This document shows, piece by piece, positions 47,561 through 57,630 of a DNA stretch of 64,000 nucleotides. The stretch covers positions 49 to 64,048 of the forward strand of contig JABDEY010000003.1 of NCBI GenBank assembly GCA_013286805.1, in the 5' to 3' direction. Position 1 is the stretch's first letter, and the number at the start of each line of letters is the position of its first letter. The notes below the pieces were generated by a model. The model did not search any database and had not been told where the DNA came from. It worked only from the letters and a program-made list of their open reading frames with translations. Position numbers and translations under genes: made by a program. Origin of the DNA: Bacteroidota bacterium. GTDB lineage: Bacteria; Bacteroidota; Bacteroidia; JABDFU01.

Positions 47561-48211
47561 ATGAAAGACATTAATGAACACATCAAAAGTCTGAGATCAG
47601 ATTATTCAAAGATGGAATTGAATGAGCGCGATATTCATAAAAGTCCATTTTTGCAATTTGAAAAATGGATGAAGGAGGCCATTGATGCTGAAATTATTGA
47701 ACCTCATGCAATGACGCTTTCAACTGTCAGTATTGAGTTGAAGCCTTCGGCAAGGATTGTTTTGCTGAGGGATTTTGGGATTTTAGGTTTTACCTTTTAT
47801 ACCAATTATACAAGTAGGAAAGGGCAGGACATAGCAGTACATCCGGACGCAGCTTTAACTTTCTTTTGGCCTCAGATTGAGCGGCAGGTGCGCATTGAAG
47901 GGGTGCTTGAAAAGGTGAGTGCATCTGTTTCCGATGCGTATTTTAATTCCCGGCCGAGAGAGAGCAAAATAGGAGCCTTGGTTTCAGAACAAAGCAAGTC
48001 AATTCAGAGCCGTGAATTGCTTGAAGAAAAAATGAATGATTTATCAACCCGTTTTGCCGGGAAAGAAATTTCCCGGCCGGAGTATTGGGGCGGGTATTGC
48101 CTGAAACCTTCTGTTTTTGAATTCTGGCAGGGTCGTCCAAGTCGCTTGCATGACCGTATCCAATTTACCTTGTCAGAAGAGAACTGGCTTATTCAGAGGC
48201 TTTCGCCTTAG
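47561..48211 (+). CDS. pdxH: Pyridoxamine 5'-phosphate oxidase
   Basis: 216 aa. R.VLLR, QVRIEG, YFNSRPRESKIGA and the C-terminal W...RLSP are PdxH motifs. Confidence 0.9.
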   Translation: MKDINEHIKSLRSDYSKMELNERDIHKSPFLQFEKWMKEAIDAEIIEPHAMTLSTVSIELKPSARIVLLRDFGILGFTFYTNYTSRKGQDIAVHPDAALTFFWPQIERQVRIEGVLEKVSASVSDAYFNSRPRESKIGALVSEQSKSIQSRELLEEKMNDLSTRFAGKEISRPEYWGGYCLKPSVFEFWQGRPSRLHDRIQFTLSEENWLIQRLSP

Positions 48212-48386
48212 AAGCTTTTTTTGCTGCTTTCTTTGGGGCGGCGGCTTTTTGTTCTGCTTTTTCTGCTTTCTTTTCCGCCTTCTTGGGAGAGGCTGATTTT
48301 GATACTTTCTTCTTATGTGGGCGGCTTACGCCATAAGATCCCATGAATATTTTTCCCTTTTTGCTCTTTTTGTCTCCTTTTCCCAT
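48189..48386 (-). CDS. 30S ribosomal protein THX with a Lys/Ala-rich C-terminal tail
   Basis: MGKGDKKSKKGKIFMGSYGVSRPHKKK matches the Bacteroidota THX N-terminus. The tail is KKAEKKAEKAEQKAAAPKKAAKKASKAKASE. Confidence 0.8.
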   Translation of the reverse strand: MGKGDKKSKKGKIFMGSYGVSRPHKKKVSKSASPKKAEKKAEKAEQKAAAPKKAAKKASKAKASE

Positions 48387-48425
48387 AACGATTTTTAATT
48401 TGTTTTTGTAAAAATAGGTAAAAAA

Positions 48426-48446
48426 AATTAAGCACCGTTCATCGCT
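48426..48446 (+). repeat. 21-nt repeat, family 2 (AATTAAGCACCGTTCRTCGCT)
   Basis: aattaagcaccgttcatcgct is identical to 60584..60604 except for one A/G difference. It lies between the TrmH-family gene stop and the THX start. Confidence 0.6.
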
Positions 48447-49123
48447 TATTTTTTGAGTCTTGCAATGTAATCTTCTTCAATGAGTTTTGAACTTCGGATT
48501 GAATTGCGGAGCCAAATCAGAAGTACCTGTTCTTTTTCTTCGTTGGATAGCTGCCAGTCGATTGTGGATTGATGCAATCTGTAAATAAGACTATTCAGAC
48601 ACAATGCGGCTGATACCGATATGTTAAAACTCTCCGTAAAGCCAAACATGGGTAGTTTCACAAATCCATCTGCCTGTTCCATTATCTCAGTGGATATTCC
48701 CTTTAATTCGGTGCCAAAAACCAACGCTGTTTTACAAGTAAGGTCCAGTTCCTGAATGCTGCAATCCTCTTTATGAGGACTTGTAACGATAATCTTATAG
48801 CCGTTCTTTTTAAGTCCTTCTATACAGGTTCTGGAGTTGTCAACCTGCTTTTTATAGGTAATAAGGTTGAGCCATTTGGATGAACCAAGCGCAATGTCCT
48901 GATTGACTTTGTAAGTATTTTTGTTTTCAATTATATGTACATCCTGTATTCCAAAACAATCACAGGAACGCAAAACAGCACTGGCATTGTGAGGCTGGTA
49001 GAGGTCTTCAAGAACAACAGTTATGTGGCGTGTCCTGTATTGTATAACCTGCTCAAATTTTGCCTTGCGTTCATCTGAGACGAATGATGAGAGGTAGTAG
49101 ATCAGATCCTTTGAGTTATTCAT
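48446..49123 (-). CDS. TrmH/SpoU-family RNA 2'-O-methyltransferase
   Basis: 225 aa. NASAVLRSCDCFGIQDVHII, LVFGTELKGIS and SFNISVSAA are the SpoU motifs 1-3. Confidence 0.8.
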   Translation of the reverse strand: MNNSKDLIYYLSSFVSDERKAKFEQVIQYRTRHITVVLEDLYQPHNASAVLRSCDCFGIQDVHIIENKNTYKVNQDIALGSSKWLNLITYKKQVDNSRTCIEGLKKNGYKIIVTSPHKEDCSIQELDLTCKTALVFGTELKGISTEIMEQADGFVKLPMFGFTESFNISVSAALCLNSLIYRLHQSTIDWQLSNEEKEQVLLIWLRNSIRSSKLIEEDYIARLKK

Positions 49124-49176
49124 TTAAGCGTTGTGAATTAATCCTTTCAGCAAGGTGAATGATTGCTGATGTTATT

Positions 49177-50271
49177 TTATAGTATTCTTCCGTTTGATTT
49201 TCCAGCCAAACCGGCTATGCGATATAGCAGACGGGCAGCTACGTTGGCATCCCATTCATCCTTTCCAGGTGCAACTTCATTGATGTCAAATGCAATAATT
49301 GTCTTACCACTTTTGACTATTTTCTGAAGGAGGAACAGGATTTGCTCAAACTCAAACCCACCGGCTACCGGAGTGCCTGTATGCGGGCAAAGTTTGGGGT
49401 CGAGCCCGTCAATGTCAAAACTCAGGTAAATTTTTTCAGGCAGTTCTTCGATAATTTTTTCGCAAATCGCCGACCAGGCCACTCCTTCATACTGCTGTGT
49501 TTTTATATCGCGGTCATAAAATGTTTTTATCCGGCCTTTGGAATTTTTTATCAGTATTGCTTCGGCTTCACAATAATCACGGATTCCGATCTGTACCAGG
49601 CGGCTTACCTGAGGAATTTTAAGGGCATTGAACATTATGGATGCATGAGAAAATTCAAAGCCTTCATAGGCATCCCGGAGATCAGCATGCGCATCTATCT
49701 GAAGTATGGCGAAGGAAGGATGTCTTTTTGCCAATGCCTGCATCAGGCCCAATGGGGTGCTGTGATCCCCGCCAAGAAGGGCGGGGATTTTATTTTTAGT
49801 AAGGTAATGCAGGGCTTTTTCTTTTACTTCTGCGTTCATTTTTATGCAAGCCTTGTTAATTTCAGCCTGCAGGGTTTTCATAACCTTATTGGAGGAGGGG
49901 TTATGTCCCTTTTCAAACAATGCTAAGTATTTTTCTGCTTTTATGCGAAGCCGGTTACTGGTGCTTTGCAACCTCTTTGATACGGATTCCATTGCGATGC
50001 CCATTTTCCAAACGTTTTCAATCTCAGGGTCGAAGAGATCGACCTGGAAGGATGCATCATAAATGGCCTGGGGACCTTTGGCAGTTCCGGCGCTATAGGA
50101 GACGGTTACCTCCCAGGGTACAGGAATAACTACCACTTCGGCTTCTTCCGTGGTGAAGGGTAAACCGAACAGGTTGTTATTGGTGTCTCCAATACTATTT
50201 GGATCAAAGTTTTTTATTTTATCTGTTTTGTTCATGGTGTTCATTAGGGTAAAATTTAAAAGACCAGCCAT
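49177..50271 (-). CDS. Arginase/ureohydrolase-family protein (agmatinase or formimidoylglutamase-like)
   Basis: Mn-binding motifs LLGGDHS, QIDAHADLRD and SFDIDGLDP. The exact substrate and start codon are uncertain. Confidence 0.75.
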   Translation of the reverse strand: MAGLLNFTLMNTMNKTDKIKNFDPNSIGDTNNNLFGLPFTTEEAEVVVIPVPWEVTVSYSAGTAKGPQAIYDASFQVDLFDPEIENVWKMGIAMESVSKRLQSTSNRLRIKAEKYLALFEKGHNPSSNKVMKTLQAEINKACIKMNAEVKEKALHYLTKNKIPALLGGDHSTPLGLMQALAKRHPSFAILQIDAHADLRDAYEGFEFSHASIMFNALKIPQVSRLVQIGIRDYCEAEAILIKNSKGRIKTFYDRDIKTQQYEGVAWSAICEKIIEELPEKIYLSFDIDGLDPKLCPHTGTPVAGGFEFEQILFLLQKIVKSGKTIIAFDINEVAPGKDEWDANVAARLLYRIAGLAGKSNGRIL

Positions 50272-50312
50272 TCATGCATCAAAAGTATACTTATTCTTTG
50301 CTTATTCTTTGC

Positions 50313-51314
50313 TTATCCCTTTCCAATTCGCCACCTTTCATCTAATTGAAAGCCACGAAGAAATTCGGATACTTCCATACGTTTTTTACCAGCCAGCTGC
50401 AGTTCATGGATACATATAAAGCCTTCACTCAGGCTTGCTTTCAGATAGGATTTAGCGTCTGTTTTTAAAGTTCCCGGGGCGACAGACTGGGGTACTGCGA
50501 TTAGCTCCATTGATGTGCTGAAAATTTTTAATGAATAGGATTTTCCTTCCGGTGACAGAAGATCCGTAAATGCTGCAGGGTAGGGGCTCAAACCCCGGAT
50601 CAGGTTGTGAATTTCATGAATTGATTTTGTCCAATTGATTTTACAGTCTTCTTTGAAAATTTTGGGAGCCTGTTTTAGTTCTTCTTTGTCTGGAACAAAT
50701 TTATTTTGTTCGGTTTCGGAATAGGTATGTGTTTCTATTGCTTTTACTGTTTTTAGTACAAGTTCCGCTCCAACTGACATCAATTTGTCGTGAAGTTCTC
50801 CCGCTGTTTCATTTTCACCAATGGTGACTCTTTCCCTCGCTATGATCTTTCCTGTATCTATTTCCTGTTGGAGGAAAAAGGTGGTTACTCCGCTTTCTTT
50901 GTCTCCGTTCATGACCGCCCTATTGATGGGTGCTGCCCCACGATACTGGGGAAGGAGGGAGGCATGGAGGTTAAATGTACCAAGACGGGGCATATTCCAT
51001 ACTGATTCGGGTAACATGCGAAAGGCCACAACGATTTGTAAGTCGGCGTTCAAAGATTTTAACTGAGCGATAAATACCGGGTCTTTTAATTTTTCGGGTT
51101 GTAAAATGTTCAGGTCTTTTTCAAGCGCATACTTTTTTATTGCTGATTGACGCAAGTCAAGCCCTCTTCCGGCCGGTTTGTCAGGTGTAGTTATTACGCC
51201 AACTATGCTGTAATTCTGCTTTAGCAAAATATCAAGGGAGGCTACAGCAAATTCCGGAGTTCCCATGAAAATTATTTTTAATTCTGAACTCACGTTATGT
51301 TCGGCATCATTCAA
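50313..51314 (-). CDS. fmt: Methionyl-tRNA formyltransferase
   Basis: IIFMGTPEFAV, NLHASLLPQYRGAAPIN and a C-terminal PUA-like domain. 333 aa, with a ~15-aa N-terminal extension that may not be real. Confidence 0.9.
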   Translation of the reverse strand: MNDAEHNVSSELKIIFMGTPEFAVASLDILLKQNYSIVGVITTPDKPAGRGLDLRQSAIKKYALEKDLNILQPEKLKDPVFIAQLKSLNADLQIVVAFRMLPESVWNMPRLGTFNLHASLLPQYRGAAPINRAVMNGDKESGVTTFFLQQEIDTGKIIARERVTIGENETAGELHDKLMSVGAELVLKTVKAIETHTYSETEQNKFVPDKEELKQAPKIFKEDCKINWTKSIHEIHNLIRGLSPYPAAFTDLLSPEGKSYSLKIFSTSMELIAVPQSVAPGTLKTDAKSYLKASLSEGFICIHELQLAGKKRMEVSEFLRGFQLDERWRIGKG

Positions 51315-51323
51315 CAGTAGACC

Positions 51324-52535
51324 TTATTCAACATATAACACTAAACCCTTTAAATATTCTCCTTCAGGATGAAAAATGTTTACAGGATGGTCTGGTGGCT
51401 GGGACAAACTATGCAGGATTCGTACTTTTCTTCCGGCCAGAATAGCCGCTGCCATAACTGCACTGTTAAAGGAATACCGATCGACAACCTGTGAGCAGGA
51501 GAATGTAAAAATCAGACCTCCCGGTTTTATCTGTTTGATGGCTTCCGCATTCAGGCGCTTATAACCCTGAATGGCATTGTGTTTGGCGTCCCTGTGTTTT
51601 GCAAAAGCGGGGGGGTCAAGGACAATAATATCATAGGTGTTTTCTTTGCCGTTCAAAAAGTCAAATACGTCTGATACAAATGATTGATGGATATTTTCAT
51701 CAATCTCATTCAATCTTATATTTTTGTCAGTTAATTCTATGGCTTTTTTTGAGCTGTCCACTGAGTGAACGATACGTGCGCCTGCTCTGGCTGCATAGAC
51801 AGAGAACCCTCCAGTATAACAAAATGTATTCAAGACGGCTTTTCCTTTGGAGTAGCGGGCCAATAATTCCCTGTTTTCCCTTTGGTCGATGAAAAAACCT
51901 GTTTTTTGCCCGGCCTCCCAATCCACAAAAAATTTATACCCGTTTTCTAAAACTTCATTGGAATGCAATTGCCCGAATAAATAACCATTCTTAGCTTTGA
52001 CAAAGGATTGTTTTGGGATGGTTTCTTCGCTCTTGTCGTAAACTGCTTTGAGCTGGTCACCATATACCTGCTGTAACGCGTCAACGACCTGGTCCTTTAC
52101 CAAATGCATACCGATGGAATGTGTCTGGAGTACTGCAGTTCCGTTGTAATAATCAATTACAAGTCCTGGCAAACCATCTCCTTCAGCATACAGTAATCTA
52201 TAAACATTTGTTGCGGAGTTTTCAGCCAAACCTATGCTATGCCTGAAATTGTAGGCCTGCTGGATTTTGCTTTTCCAAAAGGCCAGACCGATGGTTTCTT
52301 GCTCAAATGTAAATACACGGACTGCAATGGAACCAATCTGGCAATGGCCTGTTCCCAGGTAACTATTTTCGCTGTCATATACTTCAACCAAATCCCCTTC
52401 CTCCACTTTCTGATCAATCGTATCTATTGCCCCAGAAAACACCCATGGGTGGAATCTTCTCAGACTTGTGTCTTTGCCGGGCTTTAGGGTTACTTTAATC
52501 ACACCTGAATTTTCATTGCTTGTTTTTGTCACCAA
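51324..52535 (-). CDS. rlmI: 23S rRNA (cytosine-C5)-methyltransferase RlmI-like (PUA plus class I SAM MTase)
   Basis: 403 aa. HPWVFSGAI, VLNTFCYTGGFSV and IVLDPPAF motifs. Confidence 0.8.
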   Translation of the reverse strand: MVTKTSNENSGVIKVTLKPGKDTSLRRFHPWVFSGAIDTIDQKVEEGDLVEVYDSENSYLGTGHCQIGSIAVRVFTFEQETIGLAFWKSKIQQAYNFRHSIGLAENSATNVYRLLYAEGDGLPGLVIDYYNGTAVLQTHSIGMHLVKDQVVDALQQVYGDQLKAVYDKSEETIPKQSFVKAKNGYLFGQLHSNEVLENGYKFFVDWEAGQKTGFFIDQRENRELLARYSKGKAVLNTFCYTGGFSVYAARAGARIVHSVDSSKKAIELTDKNIRLNEIDENIHQSFVSDVFDFLNGKENTYDIIVLDPPAFAKHRDAKHNAIQGYKRLNAEAIKQIKPGGLIFTFSCSQVVDRYSFNSAVMAAAILAGRKVRILHSLSQPPDHPVNIFHPEGEYLKGLVLYVE

Positions 52536-53202
52536 TCAAAACATATTGCAGAATATTGGCGCCCATCTTCAATGCTTTGATATGGGATTCAGGGGAATCT
52601 TTATGGACTTCGTAGGATTCCCATCCATCGCCAAGGTCACATTCATAATCATAAAAACATACCAATCGTCCCTCGTAAATAAGCCCGAAGCCTTGTGCCG
52701 GTTTGCCATCATGTTCATGTATTTTGGGTAATCCTCCTGGGAAATCATATTTCTGATGGTAGATAGGATGTGAGAATGGAAGCTCTACAAAATCGAGTTC
52801 CGGGAAAACTTTTTTCATCTGTGGCCGCATAAATTTATCGATACCATAATTATCCGAAATTTCTAAAAATCCGCCACCAATAAGGTATTTGCGCAAATTT
52901 TCAACTTCTTCCGGATTGAAGACTATGTTTCCATGCCCTGTAATGTGGACCAGTGGATAGTTAAATAATTCCGGACTTCCAACCTCTACAATGCCTTGCT
53001 CTGGATTGATGTTTGTCTTTAGGTTTTCGTTACAGAATCTGATCAGATTGGGCAAGGAGGTTTCGAGATTGGCATACCAGTCGCCACCCCCGCTATACTT
53101 AAGAAGGCCTATTTGCCAGGAAGGTGTCGGCAAAATAAATGCGGATAACAGGCTTAGAGTGGTAAGAAACAGAAGTACGCGCGCCATTTTTAACATACGC
53201 AA
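52513..53202 (-). CDS. DUF4159-like exported protein
   Basis: 229 aa with a signal peptide. LLKYSGGGDWYAN...GGGFL are as I recall for DUF4159. It overlaps the rlmI start by 23 nt. Confidence 0.6.
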   Translation of the reverse strand: MRMLKMARVLLFLTTLSLLSAFILPTPSWQIGLLKYSGGGDWYANLETSLPNLIRFCNENLKTNINPEQGIVEVGSPELFNYPLVHITGHGNIVFNPEEVENLRKYLIGGGFLEISDNYGIDKFMRPQMKKVFPELDFVELPFSHPIYHQKYDFPGGLPKIHEHDGKPAQGFGLIYEGRLVCFYDYECDLGDGWESYEVHKDSPESHIKALKMGANILQYVLIGDKNKQ

Positions 53203-53249
53203 AGTTAAGTATTATAAGGAAATTCGGTACATCTTCGTACTTTTGTAGT

Positions 53250-54119
53250 GTGATTACTTCTCTCACAATTAAACTTAAGTTTTTTTGCATTGTCTTGCTG
53301 TTTCTTTTCGCGGGAATGCCCGGGCTTGTTGCTCAGGATAAGAGTAAAGCCAAACAAGATTCTTCTGCCGTTGTTCCTATGAATAAGCCAGCCCTCACAA
53401 AGCCAGTTGACCCGAGTGGTTTAAAACCATCCGTAAATAAATCCCTCACTCCTGCCACTACGGTCAAAAAAAGGACTCAAACAAGGCCTCCTGATCTTAC
53501 TGTTGCTTACCGAAAACCGGCAACCAATTATCTGGCGTCAAAAGACAGATATTCCAATGGGCAATTAAAAGAAAAGGGTGATTCCATTAATGGACTCAAA
53601 GAGGGTGTATGGATAGTGTATGACAGAAATGGTGCTATGACCGGTAAAGTGACATATGTCAAGGGAGTAAAGGAAGGTGAATCTATTGAGTATTTTGACG
53701 ATGGGGCGGTTAAGGAAACGGGTAAGATTGTGAATGATAAATATGAAGGGCAGGTTACTTCCTACTTTAATAATGGGCAGATTTTTTTTCAGAGATGGTA
53801 TTTAAACGGCATTCAGGACAGTATCTGGACCTGGAATTATGAGAATGGCAAAGCTTCGAAAATTGTTCACTATACGAATGGTAAACTAAATGGAGAATAC
53901 ATCGAAAATTTTGAAAGCGGACAGTTGAAAATTAAAGCGACCTATCTCAATGGGAAGTTAGAAGGGGATTATGTAAAATATTTTGCAAGCGGTCAGGAGA
54001 GAAGGACTTGTTCTTATCTGAATGGAAAGAGAAATGGTGAACTGATACAATACACGGAAGACGGCAAGGTTGCGTATAAGCAGGAGTATGAACTGGGGGT
54101 GGGAGGAAAGATTAAGTAG
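53250..54119 (+). CDS. MORN-variant (YwqK-like) repeat protein with a Pro/Lys/Thr-rich linker
   Basis: GTG start and a signal-like FCIVLLFLFAGMPGLVAQ. It has about 7 repeats of the G.W..Y..NG......Y..G...GE type. Confidence 0.72.
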   Translation: MITSLTIKLKFFCIVLLFLFAGMPGLVAQDKSKAKQDSSAVVPMNKPALTKPVDPSGLKPSVNKSLTPATTVKKRTQTRPPDLTVAYRKPATNYLASKDRYSNGQLKEKGDSINGLKEGVWIVYDRNGAMTGKVTYVKGVKEGESIEYFDDGAVKETGKIVNDKYEGQVTSYFNNGQIFFQRWYLNGIQDSIWTWNYENGKASKIVHYTNGKLNGEYIENFESGQLKIKATYLNGKLEGDYVKYFASGQERRTCSYLNGKRNGELIQYTEDGKVAYKQEYELGVGGKIK

Positions 54120-54237
54120 AGGTTTGTACCTTTTTGCAAGCTGAAACTTTAGGGAAGGAAACTATGCGTTTTTGGAGTGTTTTTATAGGTCCAGCAAAAT
54201 AGACCTATGGAGGCTCAAAGGTTCAACAAAATGAACT

Positions 54238-54290
54238 TATGAGAGCATCAACGAAGGACTTTATGCGTACAAACAAAATCGGTTGTGGAC
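54238..54290 (+). repeat. Dispersed intergenic repeat, family 1, degenerate copy D
   Basis: ttATGAGAGCATCaacgaaggactttatgcgtacaaacaaaatcggttgtggac. Compare copy A: ATGAGCACCaaataaaggg...gcgaataacaaaat. Confidence 0.35.
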
Positions 54291-54344
54291 GCCCCCGCCC
54301 GGAAAAAAAACAAAAGTTATGGTTATAGCTAATTTGAAAGGCTA

Positions 54345-55073
54345 TTAATTAAGGCTATTAATAATGGTGCATGCTACTAAGGCTGCTGTTTCTGTACGGA
54401 GGCGGGAATTACCGAGGCTGATTTCAGTGTAGCCATTTTGTTTTGCAAGCTGAATTTCTTCGGGAGAAAAGTCTCCTTCCGGGCCAATTAGTATCAGGGC
54501 GTTTTGGCCGGGTATGTATGCGTTTTTCAGGTTGTTATTTTTAGTGTTTTCTGCTATATCGTTCTGAGGCGGATTACAATGTGCTATGAATTTTTGCCCT
54601 TCAAATGGGCGAGAAATGAAATCTTTAAAAATTGTCATTTCATTCAGCTTTGGTAAAAATGCTTTGATGGATTGTTTGATAGCTGACACTGCTATTTTAA
54701 GAAGGCGGTCTGTTTTAATAACTGTGCGTTCAGAATGTTCACAGTTGAGCGGTGTGAATTCATCCAGTCCGATCTCTGTTGCCTTTTCCAGAAACCATTC
54801 CATTCGATCATTACTTTTGGTTGGCGCAACGGCTAAATGTAAATATACAGGGTGTTTCCCGTATTCCTTCAGCTTTTTTATTATAGTAATTGTGCAGCGT
54901 TTGGGATTGGCATCATTAATTTTGGCTGTGTAAAATCCTCCTTTGCCATCTATCAGGTTAATAAAATCTCCATTAATCAGGCGAAATACACGGACAGCAT
55001 GTTTGGATTCTTCTTCGTTTAAAGTGTAATCCGGCAGCGTAATATCCGGTGTGTAGAATAGATTCAATATCAA
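54345..55073 (-). CDS. rsmE: 16S rRNA (uracil1498-N3)-methyltransferase
   Basis: 242 aa with an N-terminal PUA-like HAV.V.R...GD. The C-terminal LIGPEGDFSPEEI....G......LG..RLRTETA is the RsmE signature. Confidence 0.88.
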   Translation of the reverse strand: MILNLFYTPDITLPDYTLNEEESKHAVRVFRLINGDFINLIDGKGGFYTAKINDANPKRCTITIIKKLKEYGKHPVYLHLAVAPTKSNDRMEWFLEKATEIGLDEFTPLNCEHSERTVIKTDRLLKIAVSAIKQSIKAFLPKLNEMTIFKDFISRPFEGQKFIAHCNPPQNDIAENTKNNNLKNAYIPGQNALILIGPEGDFSPEEIQLAKQNGYTEISLGNSRLRTETAALVACTIINSLN

Positions 55074-55089
55074 AATCCGTAAGTAAAAA

Positions 55090-57630
55090 CTACTCCTCTT
55101 TTTTCTTCTTACTGGCTTTAGGAGCTACAGGTTTATTAATTTTAATACGAATTTCCTGTTTTTCTTTGTCAAAGTCCAGCTCGATGGTGTCGCCTTCAGA
55201 AAGATTTGATTTGATGATTTCTTCCGCGAGAGGGTCTTCCACGTATTTTTGAATAGCACGTTTCAAAGGGCGTGCACCGAGGTTGGCATCAAAACCTTTG
55301 TCTGCAATAAAGTCTTTGGCTTCATCTGTCATCTTTATGATGTACCCAAGTGTATGGATGCGGCTATACAATTTCTCCAGTTCAATGTCAATGATTTTAT
55401 GAATTTCTTCACGTCCTAGAGAGTTGAAAACAACAACATCATCAATTCGGTTAAGAAATTCGGGAGCAAATGCTTTTTTTAAGGCACCTTCAATGACATT
55501 TTTTGCATTGTCGTCTGCCTGATCCTTTTTAGCACCTGTACTGAATCCTACTCCCTGCCCGAAATCTTTTAACTGACGGGAACCTATGTTGGAGGTCATA
55601 ATAACTATTGTGTTCTTGAAATCAACTTTACGGCCAAGACTATCTGTCAACTGGCCATCATCCAATACCTGCAATAATAAGTTAAATACATCCGGATGGG
55701 CTTTTTCAATTTCATCCAGTAAGACAACTGCATAAGGACGTCTGCGTACTTTTTCGGTTAGCTGGCCTCCTTCTTCATAACCTACATACCCGGGAGGAGC
55801 ACCAATCAGGCGGGATACGGCAAATTTTTCCATGTATTCGCTCATGTCAATACGTATCATAGATTCTTCGCTGTCAAATAAATACCTGGAAATAATTTTG
55901 GCGAGCTGGGTTTTACCGACTCCTGTAGGCCCCAGAAATATAAAGGAACCTATTGGTTTATTGGGATCTTTGAGTCCTGCGCGGTTACGTTGTATGGCTT
56001 TTACAATTTTGGCAATGGCATGATCCTGACCTATGACTCTCCCTTTTAACTCTTCTCCCATTTTCGCCAGCTTTCCAGACTCGTTCTGGGCTACACGCTG
56101 AACCGGAATACCCGTCATCATGGATACCACTTCTGCCACATTGTCTTCCGTAACTACCTCCCGATGCGTTTTGGTATCCTCCTCCCAGGCCTTTTTGGCT
56201 TGTTCCAATTGTTCCAGCAACTGACGTTCTGTGTCGCGCAATTTAGCAGCTTCTTCGTATTTCTGGCTGCGTACCACTTTATTTTTTTCTTCTTTTATAT
56301 CTTCAATCTTTTTTTCAATCTCCAATACATTTCTCGGAACGTTGATGTTTTTTATGTGTACACGAGACCCTGACTCATCAAGCGCATCAATTGCCTTATC
56401 CGGCAAATGACGGTCTGTAATGTACCGCGCTGTAAGTGTTACACAGGCTTTTATTGCTTCATCTGTATAACTTACGTTATGGTGGTCTTCGTATTTGGAT
56501 TTAATGTTGTTTAATATCTGTACGGTTTCTTCCGGTGTGGTAGGTTCAACCAGCACTTTCTGGAAACGTCTTTCGAGGGCTCCGTCCTTTTCTATGTACT
56601 GACGGTATTCGTCCAGCGTAGTAGCACCTATACATTGTACCTCTCCGCGTGCCAGTGCTGGCTTGAACATATTGGAAGCATCCAGTGATCCGGAGGCACC
56701 TCCTGCGCCAACGATGGTATGTATCTCATCAATGAATAAAATTACGTCCGGAGATTTTTCCAGTTCGTTCATGACGGCTTTCATCCGTTCTTCAAACTGT
56801 CCACGGTATTTAGTTCCTGCAACAAGGGAAGCCAGATCAAGTGTAACTACCCGTTTGTTAAAAAGAACGCGCGATACTTTTCGCTGAATAATACGAAGTG
56901 CAAGTCCTTCTGCAATTGCCGATTTTCCAACACCGGGCTCACCAATTAAAATCGGGTTATTCTTTTTTCTGCGGCTTAATATCTGTGAAACCCGTTCAAT
57001 TTCTTTTTCCCGGCCGACGATTGGATCCAGTTTCCCGTCTTCAGCAGATTTGGTTAAATCCCGGCCAAAATTGTCTAATACAGGGGTTTTGGATTTTGAT
57101 TCTGCCACCTTTTTGGAACTTGCTCCAAAAGCCCCTCCTGCTTCTTCATCTCCTTCATCATCCGCAGGTGAACCTGGACGTTCGGCCTTGGGATCAATAA
57201 CTATATCTTCCAATTCCTGTTTAACTGCTTCGTAATCAACGTCAAATTTATTGAGCGCTTTGGTGGGTATATTGTTATTGTCTTTCAAAATAGAGAGTAA
57301 TAAATGTTCGGTTCCGATTAAATCACTTTTGTGAAGTTTTGCTTCCAGATAGGTCACTTTAAGTGCTTTTTCAGCTTGTTTGACCAAAGGGATATTCGCA
57401 AGATTATTCACCTGTTTGCTACCTGGAACAAGCAATTCTTCAATTACCCTCCTCAGTTCCGGCACATTGACTTTTAATTTTTTCAGAATCTTAATAGCCA
57501 ATCCTTCTCCTTCACGTATAATGCCTAACATGAGGTGCTCTGGTCCTATGTAATCATGCCCAAGGCGCAAGGCCTCTTCCCGGCTAAAAGTAATTACATC
57601 CCTTACTCTCGGCGAAAATTTTGCTTCCAT
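55090..57630 (-). CDS. clpC: ATP-dependent Clp protease ATP-binding subunit ClpC
   Basis: 846 aa with two Clp_N repeats. Walker A motifs are GEPGVGKSA and [13 protein letters not shown]-like middle motif ([16 protein letters not shown]) points to ClpC rather than ClpB. Confidence 0.9.
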   Translation of the reverse strand: MEAKFSPRVRDVITFSREEALRLGHDYIGPEHLMLGIIREGEGLAIKILKKLKVNVPELRRVIEELLVPGSKQVNNLANIPLVKQAEKALKVTYLEAKLHKSDLIGTEHLLLSILKDNNNIPTKALNKFDVDYEAVKQELEDIVIDPKAERPGSPADDEGDEEAGGAFGASSKKVAESKSKTPVLDNFGRDLTKSAEDGKLDPIVGREKEIERVSQILSRRKKNNPILIGEPGVGKSAIAEGLALRIIQRKVSRVLFNKRVVTLDLASLVAGTKYRGQFEERMKAVMNELEKSPDVILFIDEIHTIVGAGGASGSLDASNMFKPALARGEVQCIGATTLDEYRQYIEKDGALERRFQKVLVEPTTPEETVQILNNIKSKYEDHHNVSYTDEAIKACVTLTARYITDRHLPDKAIDALDESGSRVHIKNINVPRNVLEIEKKIEDIKEEKNKVVRSQKYEEAAKLRDTERQLLEQLEQAKKAWEEDTKTHREVVTEDNVAEVVSMMTGIPVQRVAQNESGKLAKMGEELKGRVIGQDHAIAKIVKAIQRNRAGLKDPNKPIGSFIFLGPTGVGKTQLAKIISRYLFDSEESMIRIDMSEYMEKFAVSRLIGAPPGYVGYEEGGQLTEKVRRRPYAVVLLDEIEKAHPDVFNLLLQVLDDGQLTDSLGRKVDFKNTIVIMTSNIGSRQLKDFGQGVGFSTGAKKDQADDNAKNVIEGALKKAFAPEFLNRIDDVVVFNSLGREEIHKIIDIELEKLYSRIHTLGYIIKMTDEAKDFIADKGFDANLGARPLKRAIQKYVEDPLAEEIIKSNLSEGDTIELDFDKEKQEIRIKINKPVAPKASKKKKEE

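Noticed and set aside
53250-54119. A YwqK-like 'antitoxin', implying a toxin-antitoxin system.
   Set aside because: It is a signal-peptide-bearing MORN-variant repeat protein with no adjacent toxin gene. The antitoxin label used for this family is not supported by the context here.
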